A stretch of 64,000 nucleotides of DNA from contig OY970325.1 in NCBI GenBank assembly GCA_963717145.1, forward strand, positions 4,544,001 to 4,608,000, given 5' to 3'. The position numbers were made by a program, and so were the translations under genes. The DNA is from an uncultured Armatimonadetes bacterium. GTDB taxonomy: Bacteria > Armatimonadota > UBA5829 > DTJY01. Of the stretch, positions 39,742 through 49,496 are shown one piece after another (within the stretch, counting starts at the first letter, position 1; each line of letters begins with the position of its first letter). Under the pieces are notes generated by a model that was given only the letters and a program-made list of their open reading frames with translations, was not told where the DNA came from and searched no databases.

Positions 39742-40461
39742 TTGCGCCGGCATGGGAAATCATATACTATGTGTCCGGAAGCAAGTCAACACGGATGTCA
39801 CGCGCTCTCCGCGTCGGAGGTATCTGCAGATTCGCTCAGGCTTCTCGCCATCCTCCGACGCAGAGAACGTGCGGACGGTGACGACGGGTCCGGCGTTGGC
39901 GGTGATGCCTTGGATGGTGGGTTGCCGAGCTTCGAATCCATCTTGACGAGTCATCATAAGAAAGTCTACAACTTGCTCTTCAGGCTCGTCGGGAACGCTG
40001 AAGATGCGGCCGACCTGACCCAGGAGACATTCGTCCGTGCATATGGAGCATATCCCCGATTCAGGGGCGCTTCGTCAGCGGTGTATCCCTGGCTGTGCCG
40101 GATCGCCGTCAATGCCGGCAAGAACAAGTTCAAAGAGCTGAGTCGCCGCCATTCGCACGAGGCTTTTTCCCTGGACGGACCCATGAGCGACTCGGATTCC
40201 TGCCTGCACAGCGAGCCGGGGGACGACTCGGCCGATCCCATGGGGTTGGTGCAGAGGCAGGAGTTGGACGGGAAGATCCAGGAGGCGGTACAGGCGCTCT
40301 CAGTCGAGTATCGGACGGTCATCGTTCTGCGGGACATGAACGGCCTGTCATACAAAGAGGTCGCCGAAGTGGCGGGTCTGTCGGTGGATATCGTGAAGAC
40401 CCGGCTGTTCAGAGCCAGAGGAATACTTCGACGCCGTCTTGCAGGGTATCTGGAGGACTAG
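39742..40461 (+). CDS. ECF-type sigma-70 factor (true start probably downstream)
   Basis: DAADLTQETF, WLCRIAVN, GLSYKEVAEV..VKTRLFRAR. Confidence 0.9.
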   Translation: MRRHGKSYTMCPEASQHGCHALSASEVSADSLRLLAILRRRERADGDDGSGVGGDALDGGLPSFESILTSHHKKVYNLLFRLVGNAEDAADLTQETFVRAYGAYPRFRGASSAVYPWLCRIAVNAGKNKFKELSRRHSHEAFSLDGPMSDSDSCLHSEPGDDSADPMGLVQRQELDGKIQEAVQALSVEYRTVIVLRDMNGLSYKEVAEVAGLSVDIVKTRLFRARGILRRRLAGYLED

Positions 40462-40556
40462 CGTGAGTAGTGGCCGGGACTCGGCGCCGGCCCGGACGGG
40501 AACGGAACGCGGGCGTTCCATGCCGAGATCAAACGGACAGGAAGGTAGGATTGCAT

Positions 40557-42344
40557 ATGCGCGTCACAAGACTAATGGCCAGGATGGTCACTCTGCTGCT
40601 GATCGTCAACATGCTGCTGCCGGGTATAGTATCGGCGCAGGACCAGGTGATCGGCGAAGTTGTCATAGCCGGAAACGAGAATATCTCCAAAGAAGCCATA
40701 ATGACCGTCGTGGCGCTCAAGCCCGGCACGAAATTCACCGAGGAAGCCGTGCAGCAGGCCAAGACGGCCATCGAGGGGATGGGCCTCTTCGAACGCGTTG
40801 TTGTCGGCACGGAGACCACCGACCAGGGCGTCAATGTCATGCTCAACGTCGTCGAGAACCCGCTTGTCAAGGAGATCAAGTTCACCGGCAACACCGTAGT
40901 TACCACGGAGGCGCTGCTCGGTGTGATGCGCACGAGCGTCGGTCAGGTCTTGAACACCAATACCCTCGAGCGCGACGCCGATGCTATTCGCACGCTGTAC
41001 AAGGAGCAGGGGTACATCGCCGACATCACAGAGGAGATCGGGATCGACCCGGATTCAGGGGTGTTGTCCATCCCGGTGCTGGAGAATGTAGTCGAATCCA
41101 TAGAGATAACCGGCAACAAGAAGACCAAGACCAGCGTCATTCTCCGGGAGATGGATCTCAAGCCCGGCGACGTGTACAACAGCAAAATCCTCGTCCGCGA
41201 CCTGACACGGATCTATGATCTGGACTTCTTCGAGGTCGATGTCGAGCAGTGGTACAGGCTCGAACCGGGATCGGACATCGGCAAGCTCAAGGTTGTCATC
41301 CCGCTCAAAGAGAAGAAGACCGGTCAGATCACCCTGGGCGTCGGTTACAGCTCGCAGCAGAGGATCGTCGGACAGGCAAAGATCTCGGAGACGAACTTCC
41401 GAGGGCGCGGTCAGGGAGTCAACGCCCTGATCGAAGTCGGGAGCGCAAGCCGTGGATCGAGTTACGAGCTTGGATACTACGAGCCGTGGCTCGACACGAA
41501 ACATACCTCGCTGTCTGCGAGCGTCTACAACAAGCTTATCTACAGGTTTACGTCGAATCCACTCACCTCGAGCGGTTCGGACAGCGACTACGATGAGCGC
41601 CGCCAGGGAGCCAGCCTTACACTGGCCAGACCACTCAACCGCGTCAACAAGGGCTTCCTGACGCTGCGGCACGAGTCGGTCGATACTCATAATGTCGTCA
41701 ACCCCATCCTTCTGCAGGATGGAACAGTCTCATCGGGTACTCTGCGGTTCACCAGCAACACCAGGGACTCGGAGCTGGATCCCGTACTCGGCACTTACAG
41801 CTCCTATGCCGTGGAGGTCGGCCAGTCCGACTTCACCAGCGAGGGGGCCAAGTCAGGGAACTCGATCTTCAGCAAGTACAGCCTCGATTTTCGCAAGTAC
41901 TTCAGCAAGGGAGGGTACCGCGAGGACCTGAATGAACGGCGGAAGACCATCGCCGTGCGGTTGATGGTGGGGAGTCTGACGGGCAACGTGCCGTTCTTCG
42001 AGCAGTACTTCCTCGGCGGCGCTGAGTCCCTCCGCGGCTACAGGGAGGATCGCTTCTGGGGCAAGAACATGGTGTTGCTGAACACGGAGTATCGGTTCCC
42101 GATAACGTCCGGTCTCACCGGCGTCGGATTCGCTGATGTCGGCGATGCGTGGGGCGCGATCCCCGACTACCTGAATGTCGGCGACGCGTTCGGCGAGAGT
42201 CTGCCTCAGCATTCCGGTTTCGATCCGAGCTTCGGCTACGGTGTCGGTATCAGAGTGCGCACGCCGATAGGTCCGATCCGTCTCGACTATGGGTTCGGCA
42301 GCGAGGGATCCCGGGCGCATTTCAGCCTCGGACATGCATTCTAA
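40557..42344 (+). CDS. bamA: outer membrane protein assembly factor BamA/Omp85 (about 3 POTRA domains)
   Basis: Signal peptide, POTRA motifs (VVENP, ITGNKKTK), NFRGRGQ, LGGAESLRGY, RTPIGPIRLDYG, terminal Phe. Confidence 0.93.
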   Translation: MRVTRLMARMVTLLLIVNMLLPGIVSAQDQVIGEVVIAGNENISKEAIMTVVALKPGTKFTEEAVQQAKTAIEGMGLFERVVVGTETTDQGVNVMLNVVENPLVKEIKFTGNTVVTTEALLGVMRTSVGQVLNTNTLERDADAIRTLYKEQGYIADITEEIGIDPDSGVLSIPVLENVVESIEITGNKKTKTSVILREMDLKPGDVYNSKILVRDLTRIYDLDFFEVDVEQWYRLEPGSDIGKLKVVIPLKEKKTGQITLGVGYSSQQRIVGQAKISETNFRGRGQGVNALIEVGSASRGSSYELGYYEPWLDTKHTSLSASVYNKLIYRFTSNPLTSSGSDSDYDERRQGASLTLARPLNRVNKGFLTLRHESVDTHNVVNPILLQDGTVSSGTLRFTSNTRDSELDPVLGTYSSYAVEVGQSDFTSEGAKSGNSIFSKYSLDFRKYFSKGGYREDLNERRKTIAVRLMVGSLTGNVPFFEQYFLGGAESLRGYREDRFWGKNMVLLNTEYRFPITSGLTGVGFADVGDAWGAIPDYLNVGDAFGESLPQHSGFDPSFGYGVGIRVRTPIGPIRLDYGFGSEGSRAHFSLGHAF

Positions 42345-42359
42345 GGCAAGCCCGAGCGC

Positions 42360-42388
42360 TTGCCTGCCAGTGGACGATCTGCTATAAT
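42360..42388 (+). promoter_or_regulatory. sigma70 promoter upstream of skp
   Basis: TTGCCT, N17, TATAAT with TG extension. Confidence 0.65.
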
Positions 42389-42458
42389 CCAGCGATCAAG
42401 CCATCGCCACGAACAGTTTGGAAGAACTAGTTATTTCGCATTCGAAAGGAGTCATCAA

Positions 42459-43112
42459 ATGGGAAAAACCCGCACAACCGCGGCACTAGTGGCCGCGGTC
42501 GCCATCATTCTGAGCATTTTCATGGTCGCCCCTGCGCTCGCAGCAGACGCGCAGGTCTTCGCGACCGTTGACATCGAGAAAGCCTTCAACGACTACACGA
42601 AGAAGCAGGATCTCGACAAGCAGATCATGACCGATCTGCAAGGCCTGCAGTCGAAGCTCGAATTGCGCAAGACTCACGAAATGCTCAGCTCGGCCGAGTT
42701 CGAGGAACTCGCCACTCTCAAGGCCAAAGTCAAGCCGACCGACGCCGAGAAGAAGCGGACCGAGGAGTTGGAGGGCGCATCCACGGCGCGCGCTCAGGAG
42801 CTGCAGACTCTTCGGCAGAAGACAACTCCCACCGATGAAGAGAAGAACCGCATGGCGGCGCTTCAGTCCCAGGTCACGCAGACCGGTACCGAGCTGAAGG
42901 ATGCCGCGAAGCAGGCCGACACCGACTGGCAGAAGAAGAGGTACGACCTGAGCAAGCAGGTCATGGATGATGTCCAGACCCAGGTCGCCGCCGTTGCGAA
43001 GGCCAAAGGGATCACCATGGTCTTCAACAAATCGGTCGGCGAAACCGTCCTGGTTGTCTTCTCTGCAAACGACATCACGGACGAAGTCCTGAAGAAGCTC
43101 AACAAGAAGTAA
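42459..43112 (+). CDS. skp: OmpH/Skp family chaperone
   Basis: Signal peptide, ATVDIEKAF, coiled coil, VAKAKGITMVF..DITDEVLKKLN. Confidence 0.88.
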   Translation: MGKTRTTAALVAAVAIILSIFMVAPALAADAQVFATVDIEKAFNDYTKKQDLDKQIMTDLQGLQSKLELRKTHEMLSSAEFEELATLKAKVKPTDAEKKRTEELEGASTARAQELQTLRQKTTPTDEEKNRMAALQSQVTQTGTELKDAAKQADTDWQKKRYDLSKQVMDDVQTQVAAVAKAKGITMVFNKSVGETVLVVFSANDITDEVLKKLNKK

Positions 43113-43118
43113 AGAACT

Positions 43119-43754
43119 ATGCGACTTGCGCCGGCTCTCGGGACCTGCTGGCTGGCGACGGTGACTCTTCTCACAGGTTGCGGTATCTGGGACGCTCCCA
43201 AGGCTGCACAGGTACCGCCGCCGAAGTCACCGTCCGCCGTACACAGCGCAGGACGCGCAGTTTCGGCGTCCCACCGTTCGCACGACTGCCCAGTTAGCGT
43301 CCCACACCTCAAGGACTCAGACATCCATAGGAGCCGTGAGATCGGGGACGGCCAATCGACGATCCCGGGTGTGTCGGCCGACATCGAGAGAGAGATGGCC
43401 GACGCAAGAGCCGAGTGGGAAGCGCGCGGCCGGGAGATGAGGTCCGACCTCGCCGTGCTGCCCGCTTCGTCCGAGCTTGGTGCGCGCGCGGATTCCAAGG
43501 CCTCGGATCTTCTGGTCACGGATCGAATGCTCGCGATTGAGCGGAAGTACGCTCCCCGGTATCTCAACTGCCGGATCCGCATCCGGCTGCTCGAGTCGCG
43601 GCTGGCCGACGCGAGCGGTGCACCGAAAGATGTCCTGCTCCGGAAACTGGAGCTTGCCAAAACCGAGCTGGCAGCGGTCGACAAGGCATACGCCGCCGAG
43701 ATCGAGATCGCTCGACTGAAGACAGTGCCGATGATTGGGAAGGACGCGCAATGA
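43119..43754 (+). CDS. hypothetical lipoprotein
   Basis: LLTGC lipobox; coiled-coil C-terminus; ATGA-coupled to lpxD. Confidence 0.6.
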   Translation: MRLAPALGTCWLATVTLLTGCGIWDAPKAAQVPPPKSPSAVHSAGRAVSASHRSHDCPVSVPHLKDSDIHRSREIGDGQSTIPGVSADIEREMADARAEWEARGREMRSDLAVLPASSELGARADSKASDLLVTDRMLAIERKYAPRYLNCRIRIRLLESRLADASGAPKDVLLRKLELAKTELAAVDKAYAAEIEIARLKTVPMIGKDAQ

Positions 43755-44782
43755 TCCGCAAATCCCTCGGAGAGCTTGCCGCGTTGGTCGGAGGCGAGGT
43801 CGTCGGCGACCCGGCGATCGAGATCCTCGCAGCGGCGGACATTGACGATGCGCGCGAAGGCGACATAGTCTTTGCAGAGTCGCCGAAGCATCTGGAGCGG
43901 GCACTGGACTCGGATGCGGCGGCCGTCATTGCTCTTCCCGAGGCGGCGAACTCGGTCAAACCTTTGATCAGGATACGGCATCCCAGGCTGGCGTTTGCCA
44001 AGGTACTCGGAGCGCTGTCGCCCCGATCCGAACGCCCGATCGGTATCGACCCGACAAGCCGCATTGGAGCGAATCTTCAGGCAGGCGACGGCATCTCCAT
44101 CGGCTTCAACGCGTGCATTGGGGATGATGTCGTCCTGGGTTGCGACGTCTGGATCCATCCCCTGGTGTACATCGGGAGCAATGTGACGATCGGCAGGGGC
44201 TGCGTCATCCACCCAGCGGTCACGATACTCGATAGCGTCACCATCGGCGACAACGTGATCATCCACTCCGGAGCGGTCATCGGCGCGGATGGATTCGGAT
44301 ATACTGTGGCTGGTGGGGAGCACTTCAAGATTCCGCAAGTCGGCTCGGTTGTGATCGGCGACGACGTCGAGATCGGGGCCAATGTGACGATAGACCGCGC
44401 GCGAACCGGCAAGACGATGATCGGGCGTGGGACGAAGATAGACAACCTCGTGCACGTCGCGCACAACGTGACGATAGGCGAGAACTGCATCATAGTCGCG
44501 CAGGTCGGCATTTCGGGCAGTGTGAAGATAGGCGACCACGTCCTCTTCGGCGGACAGTGCGGCATCGTGGATCACCTCACGATCGGCAGCGGTTCGAGCA
44601 TCTGTGCTCAGGCAGGCGTGATCGGGAGCCTCCCGCCGGGGTCATCCGTTTCGGGGATGCCCGCCGTGCCGCACAACGAGCAGATGCGCGCTCAGGCGGC
44701 GCTTCTCCGGTTGCCTGCATTGCTGAAGACGATCCGCAGCCTCGAAAAGCGGGTCAAGGCGCTCGAAGAGGATGCTGAATGA
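43751..44782 (+). CDS. lpxD: UDP-3-O-acylglucosamine N-acyltransferase
   Basis: [31 protein letters not shown]; hexapeptide repeats. Confidence 0.96.
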   Translation: MIRKSLGELAALVGGEVVGDPAIEILAAADIDDAREGDIVFAESPKHLERALDSDAAAVIALPEAANSVKPLIRIRHPRLAFAKVLGALSPRSERPIGIDPTSRIGANLQAGDGISIGFNACIGDDVVLGCDVWIHPLVYIGSNVTIGRGCVIHPAVTILDSVTIGDNVIIHSGAVIGADGFGYTVAGGEHFKIPQVGSVVIGDDVEIGANVTIDRARTGKTMIGRGTKIDNLVHVAHNVTIGENCIIVAQVGISGSVKIGDHVLFGGQCGIVDHLTIGSGSSICAQAGVIGSLPPGSSVSGMPAVPHNEQMRAQAALLRLPALLKTIRSLEKRVKALEEDAE

Positions 44783-45600
44783 CCGCGAGGCCGCAGTATA
44801 CGCTCAGATCGAGCGTCTCCATGCAAGGTATCGGCCTGCATTCCGGCGAACCTTGTACTATGGCGATCCAGCCGGCCTCGCCGGATACGGGGATCACCTT
44901 CGTGACCCCTCGAGGCGAGGTCCGGGCGTCGGTTGAGAATGTCTATGACACCAACCGCTGCACATGCATTCGATCCGGGAACGCCGAGGTCATCACGGTA
45001 GAGCACGTGCTGGCGGCGCTCTACGGGATGCGGGTGGATAATGCCCGTATCCTGTTAGACGGCCCGGAGCTTCCGGCGGGCGATGGAAGCGCTCTGCCCT
45101 TCGTTGAGCTTATCGAGCAGGCGGGGACCGAGATGCAGCCCGGTGAGCGGCGGGTACTGGAGATCGAGAAGCCGGTATGGGCCATCGACCGGGACAAGTG
45201 CGCGCTTGCACTGCCGTCGTCGGAGTTCAGGGTCAGTGGGCTGGTTTCGTTCGACCATCCGATGATCGGGGAGCAGGCGGTAAGTATCTGTGTGAGCCCT
45301 GAGATCTTCAAGAGAGAGATCGCTCCGGCGCGGACCTTTTGCACCGCGGAAGAGATCGAGACCTTGCATGCGGCGGGTCTCGGTCTGGGTGGCAGCGCCG
45401 ACAACGTACTTGTTATACACAGTAACCATTATTCGCCGGGTCTGCGCTTCCCGGATGAGATCGTTCGGCACAAAGTCCTGGACATGATCGGCGACCTGTC
45501 GCTTGCAGGCGGGACCCTGGCAGCGGATGTGACAGGCATCAGACCGAGCCATGCGTTGAATACTGAACTGGTCAGGCGGATTGTACAACTCTCGACGTAA
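44779..45600 (+). CDS. lpxC: UDP-3-O-acyl-GlcNAc deacetylase
   Basis: [35 protein letters not shown]. Confidence 0.96.
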   Translation: MTARPQYTLRSSVSMQGIGLHSGEPCTMAIQPASPDTGITFVTPRGEVRASVENVYDTNRCTCIRSGNAEVITVEHVLAALYGMRVDNARILLDGPELPAGDGSALPFVELIEQAGTEMQPGERRVLEIEKPVWAIDRDKCALALPSSEFRVSGLVSFDHPMIGEQAVSICVSPEIFKREIAPARTFCTAEEIETLHAAGLGLGGSADNVLVIHSNHYSPGLRFPDEIVRHKVLDMIGDLSLAGGTLAADVTGIRPSHALNTELVRRIVQLST

Positions 45601-45679
45601 CCTTCCGTAGGGGCGATCCTTCAACGGTCGCCCGCGGACAGGGCGACCGTTGAAGGATCGCCCCTACGGAAGGTTACGT
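45595..45679. repeat. GTAG-type REPIN with 39-bp perfect arms
   Basis: ACGTAACCTTCCGTAGGGGCGATCCTTCAACGGTCGCCC and its reverse complement; includes the lpxC stop codon. Confidence 0.88.
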
Positions 45680-45702
45680 TCAGGGCAAAGGAGGTTGATG
45701 AC

Positions 45703-46200
45703 ATGTTGGATGTGGAGGAGATACTCGCGATATTACCGCACCGGTACCCTTTCCTCTTGGTCGACCGGATACTCGAGCTTGAGCCCGGGAAGCGCGCGGT
45801 CGGCGTGAAGAATGTGACGTTCAATGAGAGCTTCTTCCAGGGGCACTTCCCCGGGCATCCCGTCATGCCGGGTGTGCTCGTGCTCGAAGCGATGGCCCAG
45901 GTAGGGGGAGTGTTGCTCCTCAGCATGACCGGCAACGCCGGGAAGCTGGCCTACTTCGGAGGAATAGACAAGGTTCGGTTCAGAAAGCCCGTGGTGCCCG
46001 GTGATCAGTTGATCACGGAGGTAGAACTCCTGAAGAACCGAGGCGGCATCGGCAAAGTGCGAGTGACTGGTCGTGTTGACCGGCAGATCGTATGCGAGGG
46101 CGAGTTCATATTTGCCCTGGTCAAGCGAGACGGCATGGAGTCCGTGGAGGAGCCAGATGAAGTCATTACAGAGTGCGACCGAACTCTCGTTGCCACGTGA
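45703..46200 (+). CDS. fabZ: 3-hydroxyacyl-ACP dehydratase
   Basis: [27 protein letters not shown]. Confidence 0.96.
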   Translation: MLDVEEILAILPHRYPFLLVDRILELEPGKRAVGVKNVTFNESFFQGHFPGHPVMPGVLVLEAMAQVGGVLLLSMTGNAGKLAYFGGIDKVRFRKPVVPGDQLITEVELLKNRGGIGKVRVTGRVDRQIVCEGEFIFALVKRDGMESVEEPDEVITECDRTLVAT

Positions 46201-46228
46201 GACAGGGCCCGCTGGATCGGGGGAAGTC

Positions 46229-47014
46229 ATGATACACGAGACAGCAATCGTCAACCCTGGCGCACAACTCGGAGCCGGGGTCGAGGTCGGGGCCTTCAGC
46301 ATCATTGGGCAGGATGTCAGGATCGGCGATGGATGCGTGATCGAGCCGCATGCCATTGTCGAGCCGTTCACGACCGTCGGCGACAACTGCCGGATCTGCT
46401 CAGGCGTGATACTCGGCGGCCAGCCCCAGGACCACAAGTTCAAGGGCGAGCGGAGCTACCTCACGATTGGGAGCAACAACATCATACGCGAGTATGTGAC
46501 CATACACCGCGCCACCGGCCTGGACAAACAGACCACCATCGGCAGCGACAACATGCTGATGGCGTACTGCCACATCGGGCACAACTGCCATCTGGGAAGC
46601 GGCATCATGATGGCGAACATGGTCGGCATAAGCGGCCACGTGATCATCGAGGACAAGGTCGTCTTCGGCGGGATGGTCGGCGTCCATCAGTTCGTGCGGA
46701 TCGGCAAGATGGCGATGGTCGGCGGGTACTCCAAGATCGTGCAGGATGTGCCTCCCTTCGCGATGGTCGACGGCCGTCCCGCGAAGGTGTACGATCTCAA
46801 TGTGATCGGCCTCAGGAGGAGCGGGGTCAGTCCGAACGTGCGTAACGGGCTCAGGCAGGCGTACAAGCTGCTCTACCGGTCGAACCTCAATCTCTCGCAG
46901 TCTGTCGAGAGCATCGAGAGCGAGATCGAGCCGAGCCCCGAGCGGGACTACCTGTTGGAGTTTATCAGGAGCGTGAAGGTCGGGTTTGCCGGAAGACAAC
47001 TCGATCGTCGATAG
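46229..47014 (+). CDS. lpxA: acyl-ACP--UDP-GlcNAc O-acyltransferase (alternative start 46157)
   Basis: IHETA, PQDHKF, REYVTIHR, HIGHNC, VHQF. Confidence 0.95.
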   Translation: MIHETAIVNPGAQLGAGVEVGAFSIIGQDVRIGDGCVIEPHAIVEPFTTVGDNCRICSGVILGGQPQDHKFKGERSYLTIGSNNIIREYVTIHRATGLDKQTTIGSDNMLMAYCHIGHNCHLGSGIMMANMVGISGHVIIEDKVVFGGMVGVHQFVRIGKMAMVGGYSKIVQDVPPFAMVDGRPAKVYDLNVIGLRRSGVSPNVRNGLRQAYKLLYRSNLNLSQSVESIESEIEPSPERDYLLEFIRSVKVGFAGRQLDRR

Positions 47015-48343
47015 ATGAGCAAATCCACCCCGAGTATCGCCATTGTTGCCGGAGAGGCCTCGGGTGATCTGCAGGGGGCCATGCTCGCGGCCCGGTTGCG
47101 CGAGAGGTGTCCCGCGATCAGGATATCGGGAGTCGGCGGGCTGAGGATGCGGGATGCCGGCGTGCGGATGCTCCGCGATAGCTCGAAATGGAGCGCAATC
47201 GGAGTCGTTGAGGCCCTCAGGCTTGTGCCCAGGCTCTTCTTGATCCAGTCTCGGCTCGTCAAGGAACTCGAGTCCGATCCCCCTGACCTTCTGATATTGA
47301 TAGACTTCGGCGCGTTCAATATCAGGCTGGCGAGAAGGCTTCGTCGGACCGGGATGAAGGTGCTGTACTACTTCCCGCCGGGCTCATGGAGTCGGAGCAG
47401 TACCTACGAGAAGCTCCAGGGCCTGGTCGATGCCGTCGTGACCCCCTTCCCGTGGTCGGCCGAGACGCTCAGGGAGAAGGGATTCCGTGCTGAGTTTTTC
47501 GGTCATCCAGTTCTCGATACCGCAAAGCCCACGCTCAGCTATGAGGAATTCCTCGACCCTTTGGAGTGCGGAAGCGGAGTCTGCGGAGCTTCCGCTCTCG
47601 GATCCAAAGCGGAAGCTCCGCAGACTCCGCTTCCGCACTCCAAAGGGTCGATCGTCGGGTTGCTGCCCGGGAGCCGGGTCCAGGAGATCAGGCACAACCT
47701 GCCGGCCATGATGTTGGCGGCAGCTCGGCTCACGGAGTCGATGCCGAGCCTGCAGTTCGTCGTGCCCGTCGCGCCGACCATGGACATCCGTGTGGTCGCG
47801 GACGGCCTGAGGGCCGTGCCGTGGATCGATGTGCGGGGTGGGGGATCGGCGAGTTTCGGTGGACGTGCCCTGCCGATCGCTCGGGCGGTGGACGCTCTCG
47901 CGCGGAGCGAGGGCTTCCCACCGCCGCAGGGGAAGGTCACGGTCCACCTGATCCGGGGAATGGCCCAGGACGTGCTCGCATACTCCCGCGCGGCGGTCGT
48001 GTGCTCGGGAACGGCGACGTTGGAGGCCGCGGTGCTCGGTTGCCCGATGGTGATCATCTACCGCGCCTCGAAGCTGAGCCGGCTCGAGTACAGACTCCTC
48101 GGCAGGGGCATCGAGTTCATCGGCCTGCCGAACATCATCGCCAACGAGGAGATCTGCCCGGAGTTGATCGGCGACGAGGCATCGCCGGCCCGGATCGCGC
48201 AGTTGATGCACGGCCTGATCGAGGATTCCCACGAGCGAGGGGCGATGCTCGACGGCCTGGGGGACGTCAGGGATGCGCTCGGCAGTCCCGGCGCAGTCGA
48301 CCGGACCGCCGGCATGGTGCTGGAAATGCTGGGAGACAGATAA
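47015..48343 (+). CDS. lpxB: lipid-A-disaccharide synthase, with internal palindrome
   Basis: AGEASGD, FFGHP, LLPGSR, SGTATLE, GLPNII. Confidence 0.93.
   Translation: MSKSTPSIAIVAGEASGDLQGAMLAARLRERCPAIRISGVGGLRMRDAGVRMLRDSSKWSAIGVVEALRLVPRLFLIQSRLVKELESDPPDLLILIDFGAFNIRLARRLRRTGMKVLYYFPPGSWSRSSTYEKLQGLVDAVVTPFPWSAETLREKGFRAEFFGHPVLDTAKPTLSYEEFLDPLECGSGVCGASALGSKAEAPQTPLPHSKGSIVGLLPGSRVQEIRHNLPAMMLAAARLTESMPSLQFVVPVAPTMDIRVVADGLRAVPWIDVRGGGSASFGGRALPIARAVDALARSEGFPPPQGKVTVHLIRGMAQDVLAYSRAAVVCSGTATLEAAVLGCPMVIIYRASKLSRLEYRLLGRGIEFIGLPNIIANEEICPELIGDEASPARIAQLMHGLIEDSHERGAMLDGLGDVRDALGSPGAVDRTAGMVLEMLGDR
47553..47651. repeat. 99-bp palindrome (44-bp perfect arms) within the lpxB reading frame
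   Basis: TCGACCCTTTGGAGTGCGGAAGCGGAGTCTGCGGAGCTTCCGCT, N11, reverse complement. Confidence 0.92.
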
Positions 48344-48358
48344 TGGTTAATGGTTAAT

Positions 48359-49430
48359 TGTCAAGTCCCACCACGTTGTGAACGGTAGTTCAGTAAGTCG
48401 GTAGGCTCTTTGATAAACGGATCTGGTCTTTGCGCGTACCAGTCGCAGACCTTCTCATAGGGTGTCTTGCCACCGATCGCGCTGTGCTGTCTCCTTAGAT
48501 TGTAGATGGTCAGCCACTGGTGGAGTCCATCTATCAACTCCGGATATCCAGGATATCTGTGCATCTTGTACGTGCCCTCCTGGATCAGTCCGTTCATGCG
48601 TTCCACCAGACCGTTGGTCTTTGGTGTATACGGCCGGGTGAGCCTGTGTTCAATACCACAGGCTGAGCATACTTCATCAAAGAAGTGAGGTCTCTTCGCC
48701 GGACTGCCCCAACGGCTCCAATTGGCCAGAGTGAACTCTCTACCGTTGTCTGTCAGGATCTTGTGGATCATGAACGGATAGAACCACATGCACAGTCCAA
48801 GGAAGCCCACTGCGGATTCCTTGGTTAGGTTGTCGTACACCTGGAGGAAGGCTAGCCTTGTTGCTCTGTCTACCGCAACGAAGCAATACTTCCTCTTGCC
48901 CCCGATCTTGGGCAGGTAGAAACAGTCTATGTGAAGGTATCCAGGCAGATACTCTTTGAACTTGCCTGGACTTTCTCTCTTTTCTTTTTGGTACTGGGGG
49001 AGTCTGCTCACCCCTTTTCTGCTCAGTAAGCGATGTATACTGGCGCGTTCTGCATTCGGCAGAACTGTGACTACTGCACGCACCAGTGCATCGAGTGCTA
49101 GACCTTTGTCCCGGAGCGAGAGGATGATCTCCTCCTCTTCGGGGCTGAATGCATAATGGATCTTCCTGGGCCGACTGCTGCGGTCTTGCTGGTCACCCCG
49201 GGCCTTCCATTTGCAGACTGTTGCCGGCGATACATGGCAGATATCTGCGAGCTTTCTGCAGCTCTTGGGACTCTGCCTGAAAAACCGCCGTTGCTTCATA
49301 TTGCTGGTTGCGTTAGAATGGATCTGCATGCGAGTGGTCTCCTTTTTTGGTTTGGCGATCATCAAAGAGACTACCGCATGCACCTCCTTCTTTTCAACCC
49401 ACGGTGTTCATAATGTCATGAGACTGGACA
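48359..49430 (-). mobile_element. IS481-family insertion sequence, 1072 bp
   Basis: TGT...ACA ends, 25-bp IRs 19/25 identical, 6-bp TSD GTTAAT (48353-48358 and 49431-49436). Confidence 0.92.
48361..49329 (-). CDS. IS481-family transposase
   Basis: MQIHSNA, DRSSRP, PGYLHID, LTDNGREF, PYTPKTNGLVERMN, YNLRRQHS. Confidence 0.92.
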   Translation of the reverse strand: MQIHSNATSNMKQRRFFRQSPKSCRKLADICHVSPATVCKWKARGDQQDRSSRPRKIHYAFSPEEEEIILSLRDKGLALDALVRAVVTVLPNAERASIHRLLSRKGVSRLPQYQKEKRESPGKFKEYLPGYLHIDCFYLPKIGGKRKYCFVAVDRATRLAFLQVYDNLTKESAVGFLGLCMWFYPFMIHKILTDNGREFTLANWSRWGSPAKRPHFFDEVCSACGIEHRLTRPYTPKTNGLVERMNGLIQEGTYKMHRYPGYPELIDGLHQWLTIYNLRRQHSAIGGKTPYEKVCDWYAQRPDPFIKEPTDLLNYRSQRGGT

Positions 49431-49496
49431 GTTAATGGCTGATGGGATGCCCCAGGTCTCCCATCAGCCATCAACCATCAACCATCCACCATTATT

